A stretch of DNA of 64,000 bases, from positions 237,705 through 301,704 of the forward strand of contig VRVR01000015.1 of NCBI GenBank assembly GCA_009859145.1, written 5' to 3'. Shown here piece after piece: positions 10,545-21,746 of this stretch. Origin of the DNA: Andalucia godoyi And28 (lineage: Eukaryota > Protista > Jakobida). How positions within the stretch are numbered: position 1 is the first letter of the stretch; every line of letters starts with the position of its first letter. A model generated the notes under the pieces. That model had not been told where the DNA came from, searched no databases, and was given only the letters and a program-made list of their open reading frames with translations. Both the position numbers and the translations under genes were made by a program.

Positions 10545-11274
10545 TCACACTGCTTTTCAGCATCTGTAAGGGCGCTTCCATAAAATTCAATTCAGAAATT
10601 CCAGCAGTTCCTCAGACCGTTCTTCTTTTCCCTCTTTCCGTTTCTCTCGTTTCACCTTGGACTTCGTTGTGTCAAATAAAATATTGAATAAAACACTGCT
10701 GCGTTCGTATTTTGATATTTCACCGTTTTTATTTGGCACCACATCCTCCTCACACTTCGCCACACGTTATCGGTTTGTCTGTTCCGTCGGTTTCATACTT
10801 GCGCATTTTCGGAACCCGATGGTGTAGGCGGTGAAAGCTGCACTCCGAGAGCGGCTGCGCCATCCCGATCTGCACGATGCCCGACCGCGGTTCTTGTGTC
10901 GGAATCCACGCGGTATTCCCAATGCAAGCGAGCTGGAGTCCTCGCGTGAGGCACTCATGAACGATTGAAAACGTCTGGTTCTGCCGGACATTTCACACCT
11001 CGTGTGCCCTAAGCCTTTCCCTTTCCTTCCTCCAACTGAGCCCTTCTGCACCTCGAGACCTTCTCTTATTTCGATTGTTTCATTTCTATATTTTTCCTTT
11101 TCCTTTTCCTTTCATTGTATCAGAGTTTATTAATTTAAAAATTTACAACTTCGTTTTCCCCATTTTTTCCTTCTTCTTCACGATTTCTCCGTTGTTTGCG
11201 CTGTAATTTCGATAAAGGGCTTTTTTAAAAAAAATACTATTAGATAATCAGGAAAAGAACAAAAAAACCCAGCG

Positions 11275-11771
11275 ATGTTGTCGTCGACTCGATTCCTGTG
11301 TCGCTGTTTGTCAGCCGGTGGATTGACACAGGAACTTCGCATCGTCACCAAGAATGAGCTGCAAAACAAACTGTCGGCGTTGAAAGAGAAGCCGTTTGTG
11401 CTCGTCGATGTTCGGAATCCAGACGAATGCGCAGCAACCGGCGTCATTGGACATGCCATCAACATTCCTCGTATGTGTGCTCCGGAATATGCAATTCCCT
11501 CTGCCCTGCGGGTACAGATTTACACATGTATTTTGACAGCAACCACAGCTCACACTAACATCTACCATTCTTAGTTCCTGTTGTCGAATCGCTGCCAAAC
11601 AGCCCGTTGAAAGACGCGTTGGCTGCATTTGGAGGCGACAAGGAAGTTATCGTATACTGCCGATCAGGCCGCCGATCGGACGCCGCTGCGAAGATCTTTC
11701 AGCAAATGGGATTCAAGGACGTGGCAAGCTACAAGGGAAGTGCCCTCGAGTGGTTTGACAAGCAACAGTAG
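11275..11771 (+). CDS. Single-domain rhodanese/sulfurtransferase, probably mitochondrial (exons 11275-11470 and 11575-11771, 130 aa)
   Basis: Splicing out 11471-11574 gives ...LVDVRNPDECAATGVIGHAINIPLPVV...VIVYCRSGRRSDAAAKIFQQMGFKDVASYKGSALEW, with the rhodanese CRSGRR active-site loop. The N-terminus MLSSTRFLCRCLS looks like a presequence. Confidence 0.9.
11471..11574 (+). other. Spliceosomal intron (104 nt)
   Basis: GTATGT donor, CTAAC branch-like motif at 11555-11559, TTAG acceptor. Removal restores the rhodanese reading frame. Confidence 0.9.
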
Positions 11772-11893
11772 CAGTAGCAGCAGCAGCAAGATGTAAGAAT
11801 GACGAATCACCGGCGACGTGAGCTGTGGTCCGTGAACACTGTGTGTTTGTAAAGAGTACGTTGAAATATTGTGAACCACGCCGTGGTATGTCT

Positions 11894-14017
11894 TTACAAG
11901 GCGCCATCGGTGTCTCGAGAAAGAGATTCCAGGATGGAGGACATGGGCCCTGTTCCTCCGGTCTCTTGTTCCGACTGAAGAGCAGCGAACAGATTTTCAA
12001 GCACTTCTTCGCGTGTCTTGTCGTCAAAGATCAGATTTCCATTTTCCACAAAAACCCCGGCTGGGACAGCTCGCATCTCCACGTCTTGATCGTCATCGTC
12101 ATCGTCATCGTCTTCCTCATGCATTTCAGGGACGCCATCGACATCTTCTTGGAAACCCATCATCGCGAGAAACTCTGAAGCAGACACTGGTTTTGACCGG
12201 GCATTCCGCGGTCGATTTGCAGTGGATGTTGCATTATGCGAGACGTCGCCACTTGCAAGAGACTCTGCTTTCGCCGCGCCGATTTCGGCTTCTTGAGCAT
12301 CCAGAAACTTGAGATATTCCACCACGTTGTCATCGCCGTATGTTTCCGAGTCCCGGAGGATCTGCTCGGTCCGGGCTCGGCGTTCCTTCAGTCCGAGAAG
12401 GTCTTCGAAGCCACTCGATATCTTGTCCAAGTTCGTCCACTCAAGTCCGCCCAAAGCCGAGTCCTCTTCGCCCGTCTCTTTCTCAGGAATCATTTCGTCC
12501 CCATTCGCTTCGCCAACAGGGGTGCCAGAGTCGGATTCATCTGTTTCAGAATCAGCGCTCCGATCGCCATGGCCGTCTTGTCCCATGTACCAGTCCTTGG
12601 AAAAAAACGCGGTCATCCTATTAAACAGCCGTTCTCGATCCTCCTCGGACGGAGCCGCAGTGGACGCCTCCATCTTTTTCTTCCAAAGCGCGAAGCCAGC
12701 ATCTCGTTCTTTCTGCTGCGGACCTTCTTGCAGCCAATCCGTCGACGAATCTTGCCGTCCGTATTGGAGGTCCTCGTCTGAGGCGAACTGCTCCGTCACA
12801 CGTTTTCGAACATCGGGATTGCGCAGCTGTGCAATGACCGAGTCCAGAGGGCCGTTGCTCGATACGGAAACCGCAAGTTTGTACGCATACTCGGCGCCAA
12901 TCAGCAGTTTTAGACCACGCTCACAAGCCAAATAACGCGGATCGAACGGGCTCACAAACGACGCAAGGAGACGTTTGGGGAACGGTACCGTTTCCGATTC
13001 GAAGAGTGCAAACAAATACCTCGTAAATCGAACTAGGACATATACATACGATTCATCATCATCAGCATTCTTACCATCGTTGCCATCGTCGTCGTCGTCA
13101 CGGTTCGGATCCCCATGAGCACTGCTCGCATCAACAACATCCAAAAACCTGGACACGGATACGCGTTCCCGAGAACTCGAACCACACATCGCCAAGACAC
13201 AGTGCGAGATGAATTGAGGATCTCTCCGCAGCACAGCCGCCAGCGACACTGGGATTCTGCAAACACAGCGATGAAACTGATTGATCAGCCCGGCGTCAAT
13301 GCGGTCCTGAATCACCTTCATCATTTCTTCCGAGGCCGCAACGGCGTCGATTGCCTTTTGATTTTCCAAGTTGGAGATCGCCAGTCTCGCAGAGTCTGCG
13401 TCAAGAGGACCCGACAGCACTGGAATGCAGCTGAGCTCCAACGGAGTTCTCGGTTGACGGAGCAGCAAAATCCTTCCATCATAAATTAGCACTCGGAAAG
13501 GGGCCATTTCGGGGTCCCACTCGTCCTGGCCGTCAACGAAGTCAGCAAGTTCTGCAAGGAGAAACTCATCATCGCAGTCATCGTGCACCCTGGTGAACAG
13601 AATCTCGTCTCGGAACATGGCAGATAGCGCCATTGCAATCGAAGCAGCCATGAATTCGTCGTCGTAACAAGGACCGAAGCGAAGAGATGCCCGAAACTCT
13701 CGATCAATCACGAGCGGCTGCCCAAAAAACCACACATAGTCCTTTTGAAGCTGAGAAAACAGAGCATCTTGCATTCGTCTTCTCAGGGATTCCCTTGCGT
13801 CATTGCTGGCTGCGACAGCAATCTCGGCTCTAAGAAAGAACTGAATGTGAACGACATTCGAATCATACTCGAGTCGATCAAACGACCATTTAGGTTTGGG
13901 CACATACGAAGAAAAGCCTCCTTCGCCTTCGCCACCATCTCTGCGTTCTGGTTGCGATTCTCGCGGCCGTCCCGAAGAAGCAGCATGCACAAAGTCCCTC
14001 ACGGTCGTAAACGGCAT
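11894..14017 (-). CDS. ECD: Ecdysoneless/SGT1-like (ECD) protein
   Basis: Contains YVWFFGQP..., LRFGPCYDDEFMAASI..ALS, VHDDCDDEFLLAELA, FRVLIYDGRI, VRFTRYLFA, ERGLKLLIGAE and DSSTDWL, followed by an acidic C-terminus. This is the motif order of the ECD/hSGT1 family. Confidence 0.85.
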   Translation of the reverse strand: MPFTTVRDFVHAASSGRPRESQPERRDGGEGEGGFSSYVPKPKWSFDRLEYDSNVVHIQFFLRAEIAVAASNDARESLRRRMQDALFSQLQKDYVWFFGQPLVIDREFRASLRFGPCYDDEFMAASIAMALSAMFRDEILFTRVHDDCDDEFLLAELADFVDGQDEWDPEMAPFRVLIYDGRILLLRQPRTPLELSCIPVLSGPLDADSARLAISNLENQKAIDAVAASEEMMKVIQDRIDAGLINQFHRCVCRIPVSLAAVLRRDPQFISHCVLAMCGSSSRERVSVSRFLDVVDASSAHGDPNRDDDDDGNDGKNADDDESYVYVLVRFTRYLFALFESETVPFPKRLLASFVSPFDPRYLACERGLKLLIGAEYAYKLAVSVSSNGPLDSVIAQLRNPDVRKRVTEQFASDEDLQYGRQDSSTDWLQEGPQQKERDAGFALWKKKMEASTAAPSEEDRERLFNRMTAFFSKDWYMGQDGHGDRSADSETDESDSGTPVGEANGDEMIPEKETGEEDSALGGLEWTNLDKISSGFEDLLGLKERRARTEQILRDSETYGDDNVVEYLKFLDAQEAEIGAAKAESLASGDVSHNATSTANRPRNARSKPVSASEFLAMMGFQEDVDGVPEMHEEDDDDDDDDQDVEMRAVPAGVFVENGNLIFDDKTREEVLENLFAALQSEQETGGTGPMSSILESLSRDTDGAL

Positions 14018-14914
14018 GTTTCACTAGAAAAAGAACAATCTCGATGACGATTTGGGTGCAAGAGCCTTGAGATAGGAATACACAAATACGGCCAGCGTTG
14101 GAGAATACGGAAAGGCCACCAGAAGTGCCGCAGCGTCCCTTCTCTGCAGCGACTTGTCCGAGTAGTCCGAGAGTCCAGGAAAAGATGATGCTGTGATGCT
14201 TGGAGCCAGCTCGTCAATCTGCACGCTCACCGCACTGCGATCAAGAAGACTGAGAACAGATGTTGAACGCACAAGACTCGGCGAGTTCATACAAACAATC
14301 ACACACTCACACGAATGCACACTCACAGAATCATGAGAATAGGCAGTAGCAGTGACAACATCAGCAGCAGCAGCAGCAGTAGTACTGTTTGAGCGCGACA
14401 ATACAGGGACAAACAGGAGTCGCGAGCTGGAATAACATCAAGTGATGCTGAATGCTGAAAGTCCTCCCACAAAAGTCCTTTTTTTATATTCATTTCATTC
14501 AGCTTTCTCTTTCAAGTTCCCCCCTTTTTGGGATTGGAATTGAGATTATTATGATTTCTTATGATTCTCATGATTTTTATGATGATTGTTATTATTCTCT
14601 CTGTTTTGTAATATTCCGGTTTTCCCCAATCAATCTTTTCCCTTTTTTCTCTGAGTTGGCGGGTGCGTGAGTATAGATTTGGTTCGCCAGCCAGTACCGT
14701 GGCAATTTGCTAGCTATCCTTAGATTGCATTGTATTATATTATTTGTCTGTCTGTCTGTCTGGCTGTCTGTCTGGCTGTTTGCTTGTTTGTTTGGTTGTT
14801 TGCTTCCTTGTTTGGTTGTTTGGTTGGTTGTCCGATTGAAAGCGTCTGTTGAAAGTGGGTGGGTGTTGCGGGCGTCAAAAAGAGTCAGATTCGCCCTCTG
14901 ACGAAGGTTCGCGC

Positions 14915-16564
14915 ATGGACGACGGCTCCGTTTCGCACGAGTCTTCGCATCTGGTTCCTCCCTTCACAAACTCGACGTCGGCATCCAAGACGATTCCGCT
15001 ACAATCAAAGAACTCGCAGCTGGTCGTGGCACCTGAAGCGAAGATGACGTCTTCCCTTGTGAAATCCGTCGATGTGGAGGGTCACAAGACGATCAATGCG
15101 TACCGCGTCATAGGGACAATCGGATCAGGCCAGTACGGAAAGGTTAAGCTCCTGGAAAGCACAGAGACGAAATCAAAGTTTGCAGTGAAGATTCTGAACA
15201 AGTCAATCTTGAAGCGGATCCATAAAGGTCCTGGAAAGAATGCGTATATGGGAGTTCTGAAAGAGATTGCAATTTGGAAGAAACTGCATCACCCAAACGT
15301 CGTGCAGCTGTTTGAAGTGATAGACGATCCGCATAGAGATAAGTTGTATTTGATTACAGAGTACGTGGAAAAGGGATGCATTGCGACGTGCAAGAGAAAT
15401 TCGGTCCTTGAGAATGGGCCGCTGCCGGAAGACCAGGTGCGAAAGTACATGTGGGGAATCCTCGAGGGCCTTTCGTATTTGCATGCACATCGAGTCATTC
15501 ATCGTGATCTGAAGCCAGAGAACATACTGGTTACCGCAACGGACGAAGTGAAACTGGCAGATTTTGGTGTGTCCGATATGTTCGAAGGTGACGATGATGA
15601 AACGAGAGCGACGGACGGCACACCGGCATTCATGCCTCCAGAAGCATTTGAAATGGCCAAGTTTTCGGGACGCAAGGCAGATATTTGGTCTTTGGGCGTA
15701 ACCCTGTATTTGTTGTTGGTGGGATATATGCCATTTGCGGGTCGTTCATACATGGACATTTGCAATGCTATTCTGCATGCCGAACCACAGTATCCGGCGA
15801 GGCTAAGCCCGGATGCTGTGGATCTTCTCAAGAGATTGCTGAAGAAGGACGCAACCTCCAGAATTTCGCTGGATCATGTCAGACAACATCGGTGGGTTGC
15901 ACCAGCGGGTTCAATTTGCCCCATCTCTCCTGCTGGATACAAGACTCAGCATGTCGTTGTCACCAAGGAGGACATCGAAGGTGCGGTATCGCAAGGAAAG
16001 AAGACTCGGTCAGTGGATCGACTGGGGCAAATCATTCGTATCCAGAATCCGTGGGCAAAGTATATCAAATCTCGGAGGGCGCGCGCCGAGTCGACTGCAG
16101 ATACCACTGCACGTCGATCCAGTTTGCAAGATTCGACTCCGAGCACGTCGCTTGCAAACACTCCAATTTCTGGACTTGGAACCAACAGCTCCTGCAGCAA
16201 CAGTGAAGTGGGGGAATTCGCACATGGAATCGGCAGCTACAAAGAGCTGAGTATGTCTCTGCCTCCTCATGCACTGGGTGCGGCAATCTCGACTTCTGAA
16301 ATGGCGGTTGTTCCGTCTGCCGAAACAATGTCTTCTACAAGAAGATCCTCTACTTCGTCGTCTGCATCCTCTGTGGAAAACACCAGCCTTCCCGTCACTT
16401 CTCTCCGACCGACGACGCTCTCCGACTCCAATGGCAGTAGATATGCTAAATTTGAGGAGACGGAACCGAACATTGCGAATGATGAATCCGAACGAAGTGA
16501 AGAGGACATTCGAGTTGATGGCATCACTGATCATCACGATGCAGTGTCCAACAGTGTGAGATAG
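14915..16564 (+). CDS. Ser/Thr protein kinase, CaMKK/SAK1/GRIK-like
   Basis: GSGQYGKV, AVKILNK, KEIAIWKKLHHPNVVQLFEVIDDP..DKLYLITEY, HRDLKPEN, DFG, GTPAFMPPE, DIWSLGVTLY; Ser/Thr-rich tail. First ATG is at 14915. Confidence 0.92.
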   Translation: MDDGSVSHESSHLVPPFTNSTSASKTIPLQSKNSQLVVAPEAKMTSSLVKSVDVEGHKTINAYRVIGTIGSGQYGKVKLLESTETKSKFAVKILNKSILKRIHKGPGKNAYMGVLKEIAIWKKLHHPNVVQLFEVIDDPHRDKLYLITEYVEKGCIATCKRNSVLENGPLPEDQVRKYMWGILEGLSYLHAHRVIHRDLKPENILVTATDEVKLADFGVSDMFEGDDDETRATDGTPAFMPPEAFEMAKFSGRKADIWSLGVTLYLLLVGYMPFAGRSYMDICNAILHAEPQYPARLSPDAVDLLKRLLKKDATSRISLDHVRQHRWVAPAGSICPISPAGYKTQHVVVTKEDIEGAVSQGKKTRSVDRLGQIIRIQNPWAKYIKSRRARAESTADTTARRSSLQDSTPSTSLANTPISGLGTNSSCSNSEVGEFAHGIGSYKELSMSLPPHALGAAISTSEMAVVPSAETMSSTRRSSTSSSASSVENTSLPVTSLRPTTLSDSNGSRYAKFEETEPNIANDESERSEEDIRVDGITDHHDAVSNSVR

Positions 16565-16765
16565 TGTGGGTGTGTCGTGGATGCTGTCTGTTTTCGTGTG
16601 CACATGTTTTTCTTCGAGGAAGCTGCAGAGTTCCGCCCGGTATTCTGCAGGGGAAGAATCGTAGTGCACTCGTTGGCTTTCCATCCTTGGTGTCTGTAGT
16701 CATGGTCTACATTCATGTTCCGTATCTACCCTTGGACGGTTTCCACATACCGCCGCCCCTCATTA

Positions 16766-16799
16766 CAGAGACAGAGACAGAGACAGAGACAGAGACAGA
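16766..16799 (+). repeat. (CAGAGA)n intergenic microsatellite
   Basis: Read directly between the converging kinase and NmrA-like genes. Confidence 0.85.
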
Positions 16800-16905
16800 A
16801 AGAGAAAACGACGTTCGCTACGAAAAGAAATGGTTTACGTCTTCTTGGTGCAATAACTGCAGAGGATGAATGCGGACTTTCCAGCAGAGAATGTCCAAGG
16901 TCCCC

Positions 16906-17790
16906 TTACAAACCCGCAGCAGTCTTTGCGTTGTTCAGAGTCGTCAGCGTGTCTGTGCCTTTCTTGCCGGTAATCTTTGAAAAGTCTCCTGGCGCCTTGG
17001 CCTCTGTCGCCCCATCCTGCAGGAAACGATAGAGCTCGGCGATTCCAACTGCCTGCCACCGAGGAACTCCTTGGCCGACCATTGCATCCGCTGCAGCTTG
17101 GTCCGAAACCTCCTGGAAGGTGACCTTGGTACCGACAACCGTGGAAAAGATTTCAGCGAGCTTGTTTCCCGTAATGCTCTCAGGGCCTGTCAGAACATAT
17201 GTCTTTCCCGCGTGCGTGGAAGCATCTCCCGCAATCGCTGCAAACGCAGAACCAATGTCAGCGATCGCCACCGGCGCAAACGTGGCATCGGCGCGGAAAG
17301 GGCGGTAGTACACCGGGTGATCCTTCAATCCCTTGAGGCCCCAGACATCATTGTCTTGGAAAATCGTGCAGCGAACCAACGTGTAAGGAATGCCAGAGGC
17401 CTTCAGTTCGTCTTCGAACTCTGCAAACTGACGGCTGAACAAGATTTTTGCGTCCTTCTTTGCGTCCGGCACTGACAGTCCAACGATGAACTTTGCTCCT
17501 TGTTGCTTTGCGATGCGAACTGCTTTGGCTGCAACCTGCCCACGGTCTTCCGTGGACGGAGGTACGATGACGAACACGTCGACACCATGAATAGCCGCAT
17601 GGGTAGAGGCATCTTCAATGTCGAACTTCACGGTTTCCACACCTTTTGCTGCTTTGAGCTTACCAGCCTTGTCCGGGTTGCGGAAACCTGCTTTGATGAC
17701 GGCGGCGCCTGCGTGTTGCTGCAGGAGTGCATTGACAATAGCAGATCCAGTGTTTCCAGTTGCGCCTTGCACAAAGATAGTCTTGGTCAT
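16906..17790 (-). CDS. NmrA-like / atypical SDR NAD(P)-binding oxidoreductase (294 aa)
   Basis: MTKTIFVQGATGNTGSAIV Rossmann motif, ELKASGIPYTLVR, PVAIADIG..A, GKTYVLTGPESIT, and the typical TFQEVS/TGKK C-terminal lobe. Start at the ATG at 17790. Confidence 0.9.
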   Translation of the reverse strand: MTKTIFVQGATGNTGSAIVNALLQQHAGAAVIKAGFRNPDKAGKLKAAKGVETVKFDIEDASTHAAIHGVDVFVIVPPSTEDRGQVAAKAVRIAKQQGAKFIVGLSVPDAKKDAKILFSRQFAEFEDELKASGIPYTLVRCTIFQDNDVWGLKGLKDHPVYYRPFRADATFAPVAIADIGSAFAAIAGDASTHAGKTYVLTGPESITGNKLAEIFSTVVGTKVTFQEVSDQAAADAMVGQGVPRWQAVGIAELYRFLQDGATEAKAPGDFSKITGKKGTDTLTTLNNAKTAAGL

Positions 17791-18480
17791 TTCTTGTTTT
17801 GCTTGGGTGGTGTTGTGCCAGTGGAAAAACGTCGGTTGTTGCAGTTTTGCTGCAGTTGTTCCTTTTCTTCTTCTTGTTATTATTATTATAATTATGGGGT
17901 TTTTTAAAAAAAAGTAATACAAAACAGACAGAAGAATATCAACGGAAAGCACGACAACGTCCTTTATATGCTTTTCTCAGAAAACAACATATCGCCGATA
18001 TGACGCCGCGCCTTCAGTGATGATTCGGCGTCAAAAAATATCTATACACATATATCTATGCAAAGCACGATTATTTCTCCCTTACCCCGTTTCTCCTGCG
18101 CTCGAAGCCCCGCTTTTTGGCGGGGCTGATCTGCGCGGAGGAAAGTAGTTGGATTTGGTGGAAAAAGAATCGGCGTCATTTTTGCGGTCGATCCGAGCAG
18201 AGTGCCCAACGGGAACCCAAACAACCGAGTGACAGCTGTCTCTTTGACTCCGCTTGCGTAGGAGGAGCTCGGTGTTGGTAGCAGATTCTAGAGCGGATGT
18301 TCAAAACCAATTGAACAAAGAGAAAGGAAGTAACCTCCGATTAACTTTCTCCGCGTGATAAATTTTATGTGTGTTTCTCTTCTAATTTCTCATAATCTGC
18401 GCTGTTGCAGATACCAGTCATGTGCATTCGAGGGTTGCGCATACGGGAACCGCGTTATCTCGGGCCAGTGGTGAATTGCA

Positions 18481-18630
18481 AAGGGAATATCGCGGCTGGG
18501 TGATGATGCTATCGGAAGGTGCAGGCGGAGGTTGCGGCGTCTCCACTCGAAAGCAAAACGCTTTCCGTTCCTGTGATGGTTCTCACAATAAATGGAACGC
18601 AGGGCATGGCGACAACGTTGTTCCCCTCTC
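18481..18630 (+). pseudogene. Frameshifted remnant of a CDGSH iron-sulfur (mitoNEET/CISD1-2-like) gene
   Basis: One frame reads CDGSHNKWNAGHGDNVVPL (compare CISD2-type CDGSHNKHNELTGDNVGPL). The preceding SKT and FPF lie in the other two frames, each offset by one extra C. No intact CxC upstream. Confidence 0.6.
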
Positions 18631-18822
18631 GGCATCTCATGCCCGAAACTGCGACGAACTGAATTGGTAAAAAAATCGATTATCATCACTATAGACTCTT
18701 TATTGATTTTTTTCTTTCTTTCTCTTCTTCTTCTTCCTTTTTTGAAGCAAGTTTAAAGCATAAAAAAGCGGAAAGCGGGGGAGGGGAAACCAGTCGAATC
18801 AGAAACCATCCGATGCAGCAAG

Positions 18823-20658
18823 CTACTCGTGAAGAGCGCGGAACGAGTTCTCCATTTCGTTGTAAAGGTTGTTCATCTCCTTCATGACACCCTCTTCACC
18901 CTGCTTCGGATCCACGAACTTCATGTTCTTGAGGCCATTGATCACAGACGGCATGCTTTGCTTGATATGGTTGAACGTAAGATGTGACTCACCACTCTCC
19001 TCAATCGCCTTCTTCGACAGATCATAGAAGTGGCACATGTTGCGCATCATCGCTGCCGTCTTGTAGAACGGACAGTACCGGTCATACGCAGTGTATGAAT
19101 TTTGCTGCAAAAAGTCTTCGCGGATGAGCTTGGCAACATCAAGGGTCAGCTTGTCTGATTCTGCCAGCGAATCCTTTCCAACCAGCTGCACGATTTCCAT
19201 CAGGTCGTCTTCATTCTGGAGAATTTCCTTTGCGGTCGTGCGGTGTTGAATGAACTCGGGGTTCACACGGTCATAGTACGGCTCGAGTGCCTTGAGGTAC
19301 TTTGAGTACGAAGTAAGCCAATTCACAGACGGGAAGTGCTTTCGCTGCGCAAGTGCTTTGGACAATCCCCAGAACACTTGGACAATTCCAAGAGTGGCAG
19401 ACGTGACAGGATCCGAAAAGTCACCGCCGGGAGGCGAGACAGCTCCAACAATCGTGATCGATCCCGTACGAGACGGCGATCCAATGCACTGCACACGACC
19501 CGCACGCTCATAGAAGGATGCCAGTCGAGCACCGAGGTACGCAGGATATCCAGCATCCGCAGGCATTTCGGCAAGACGACCGGAAATCTCACGCAGCGCC
19601 TCAGCCCAGCGCGAGGTGGAGTCGGCCATCATGGATACGTTAAGGCCCATATCTCTGAAATATTCTGAAAGCGTAATTCCAGTGTAGATAGACGCCTCCC
19701 GAGCGGCCACAGGCATATTTGAAGTGTTTGCAACCAGCGACGTGCGCTTCATGATCGACTCGACCTTTCCATCGACTTCTGCAGTCAGCTTGGGGAAATC
19801 CATCAGAACCTCAGCCATTTCGTTTCCACGTTCTCCGCACCCGACATAGATGATCACATCAGAGTTCGAATACTTTGACAACGCCTGGGAAATAACCGTC
19901 TTGCCGCAGCCAAAGGCACCGGGAACGGCGCATGTACCTCCCTGCACCGAGGGGAACATTGCATCCAAGACACGCTGTCCCGTCAGCAGGGGGTGTGATC
20001 CGGCGAGCTTTTCGATGACAGGTCGGGGCGATCGCACCGGCCAGAAATGTGCCATTCCGTACTTCTTCTTTGAATCCCCGAACTGCACCTCCAGCACAGT
20101 GTCGCCGAGCGTATAATCACCATCCGGGGCAAGATACGTGATTGTGCCCATCTGGCCTGGCGGAAGCATGATGCGGTGGTCCACAAGGGAATTTTCCACG
20201 ACATGTCCGAAAATGTCTCCTGCAGTAATGTGGTCTCCGACACGCCAGTTCTTGGTGAACGGCTGGAAATGCCACGACTTCTTGTGATCGAGTGCATTCA
20301 CGTTGATTCCACGCGGAATGAAGATGTCTCCAGACATGGCATGGATGGCCTCGAGCGGGCGCTGGATACCGTCAAAGATGTTTCCCATGATACCTGGCCC
20401 AAGCTCAACGGACAGTGGCTTTCCAGTGCGCAACACTGGATCTCCAACAGTGAGTCCAGAAGTCTCTTCGTAAACCTGGATCGTTGCCGTGTCGTTTTCA
20501 AGACGAATGATTTCTCCCACAAGCTGGAACGAACCAACACGAACCAATTCGTACATGGCAGCACCAGTCATGTTCTCGGCAGTCACGACAGGGCCCGACA
20601 CTGAGCGGATTCGCCCCTGCATCGACTCTTTCTCAAACACATCGTCACGAGGAGCCAT
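18823..20658 (-). CDS. ATP6V1A: V-type H+-ATPase catalytic subunit A (611 aa)
   Basis: [25 protein letters not shown]-loop [55 protein letters not shown]. Start at the ATG at 20658. Confidence 0.99.
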   Translation of the reverse strand: MAPRDDVFEKESMQGRIRSVSGPVVTAENMTGAAMYELVRVGSFQLVGEIIRLENDTATIQVYEETSGLTVGDPVLRTGKPLSVELGPGIMGNIFDGIQRPLEAIHAMSGDIFIPRGINVNALDHKKSWHFQPFTKNWRVGDHITAGDIFGHVVENSLVDHRIMLPPGQMGTITYLAPDGDYTLGDTVLEVQFGDSKKKYGMAHFWPVRSPRPVIEKLAGSHPLLTGQRVLDAMFPSVQGGTCAVPGAFGCGKTVISQALSKYSNSDVIIYVGCGERGNEMAEVLMDFPKLTAEVDGKVESIMKRTSLVANTSNMPVAAREASIYTGITLSEYFRDMGLNVSMMADSTSRWAEALREISGRLAEMPADAGYPAYLGARLASFYERAGRVQCIGSPSRTGSITIVGAVSPPGGDFSDPVTSATLGIVQVFWGLSKALAQRKHFPSVNWLTSYSKYLKALEPYYDRVNPEFIQHRTTAKEILQNEDDLMEIVQLVGKDSLAESDKLTLDVAKLIREDFLQQNSYTAYDRYCPFYKTAAMMRNMCHFYDLSKKAIEESGESHLTFNHIKQSMPSVINGLKNMKFVDPKQGEEGVMKEMNNLYNEMENSFRALHE

Positions 20659-20879
20659 CTTCTTCTTCTTCTTCTTCTTCTCTTCTTCTCTTCTTCTCTT
20701 TCCTTTTTTGCTTCTCCCTCTACAAACTCCCTTCAACACCTCTTTCTTCACAAAGAAAAAAAAGGAAAAGGAAAAGGAAAGGAAAGCAAGAAAGCGAAAA
20801 GTTAAAAGACGGCGAAAGAAATTGAGCGGAAATAAAAGAGAAAAAGAAAGGAAAGAAACAGCCAACAACCAAAAACGTG

Positions 20880-20882
<3 letters not shown>

Positions 20883-20950
<68 letters not shown>
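20883..20950 (+). repeat. (GA)34 microsatellite in the divergent VHA-A/SPT4 intergenic region
   Basis: Perfect dinucleotide run read directly from the sequence. Confidence 0.95.
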
Positions 20951-20957
<7 letters not shown>

Positions 20958-21143
20958 AGACGAGAAGTGGAGGAAGGAAAGCATGATTTGGTGCAACAAA
21001 ATGCCCTTCCCACTACACTTGGGGCAATGGGCGGACCTCAATGAATGAAAAACAGGGAATCTGGAAAAAAAATTGTACCCGAAGCCCTAGTGCTTCTGTC
21101 CCCCCTTCCTTTTATTATTACTATTATTATTATTTTGGGACTG

Positions 21144-21152
21144 TAACCCTAG
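21144..21152. promoter_or_regulatory. Telo-box-like motif TAACCCTAG about 200 nt upstream of SPT4
   Basis: Exact reverse complement of the motif at 1407-1415. Function is inferred. Confidence 0.3.
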
Positions 21153-21356
21153 CGTGGGTTTTTGTGTCGCCACAATACAAACTACAGCATCACTTGATTC
21201 TTTTCACACGCCTCGCTTGAGTTCCTTTCCAAAAAAGATAAATGAGAAAAAGAAGGCTCAAGTCGCTCGGTGCTCTCTCGGTGCGCCTCTGTTTTCTCGG
21301 TGTTCGCAACCGGTTGAGTGAAACGATAGACAGCAGCAGACACGAGAGACAGACTG

Positions 21357-21746
21357 ATGAGTGAATCGGACGGGTCGATAGAGAATGATGAGGTGCAGTT
21401 TGATGCTGACGACATTGTGGTTCCAAGCGAGCTGAAGGGCTTGCGGGCATGCAAGGGATGTGGGCTTGTGAAGACATTGCAGCAGTTTTCGCTCAAAGGA
21501 TGCGAGAATTGCCCGTTCATGGGCCGTGGACAGCGTGCGCAGGAGTACACAACATCAAAGTTCCAGGGGTTTGTCGCCATCTTGTCGCCACAGGACTCCT
21601 GGATCGCCCAGTGCACCGGTCACAATCTGCAAGCCCCCGGCACTTATGCACTGGCTGTAGATGGGTTTCTGAACGACGTCTTCCTTGACAAATTCCAAGA
21701 AAAGGGCATCAAGCCGTTCTCGGCGCTTAGGCAGACAATCGGATAG
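21357..21746 (+). CDS. SPT4: Transcription elongation factor SPT4
   Basis: VVPSELKGLRACKGCGLVKTLQQF..KGCENC zinc ribbon, TTSKFQGFVAILSPQDSWIA and PGTYALAVDG. Confidence 0.93.
   Translation: MSESDGSIENDEVQFDADDIVVPSELKGLRACKGCGLVKTLQQFSLKGCENCPFMGRGQRAQEYTTSKFQGFVAILSPQDSWIAQCTGHNLQAPGTYALAVDGFLNDVFLDKFQEKGIKPFSALRQTIG

Noticed and set aside
10760-11050. GC-rich intergenic stretch with a possible stem (ACCGCG...CGCGGT) as a candidate ncRNA
   Set aside because: I could not match U1/U2/U4/U5/U6, SRP, RNase P/MRP or tRNA signature sequences, so there is no support beyond chance complementarity.
14024-14401. 125-aa TTG-start ORF upstream of ECD
   Set aside because: Non-ATG start and low complexity. 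Its stop coincides with a pyrimidine-tract/AG just before the ECD ATG, which fits a 5' UTR intron better. Unverified.
19820-19850. Possible VMA1-type intein in V-ATPase A
   Set aside because: The insertion site [10 protein letters not shown] is uninterrupted and the protein has the normal ~610-aa length.
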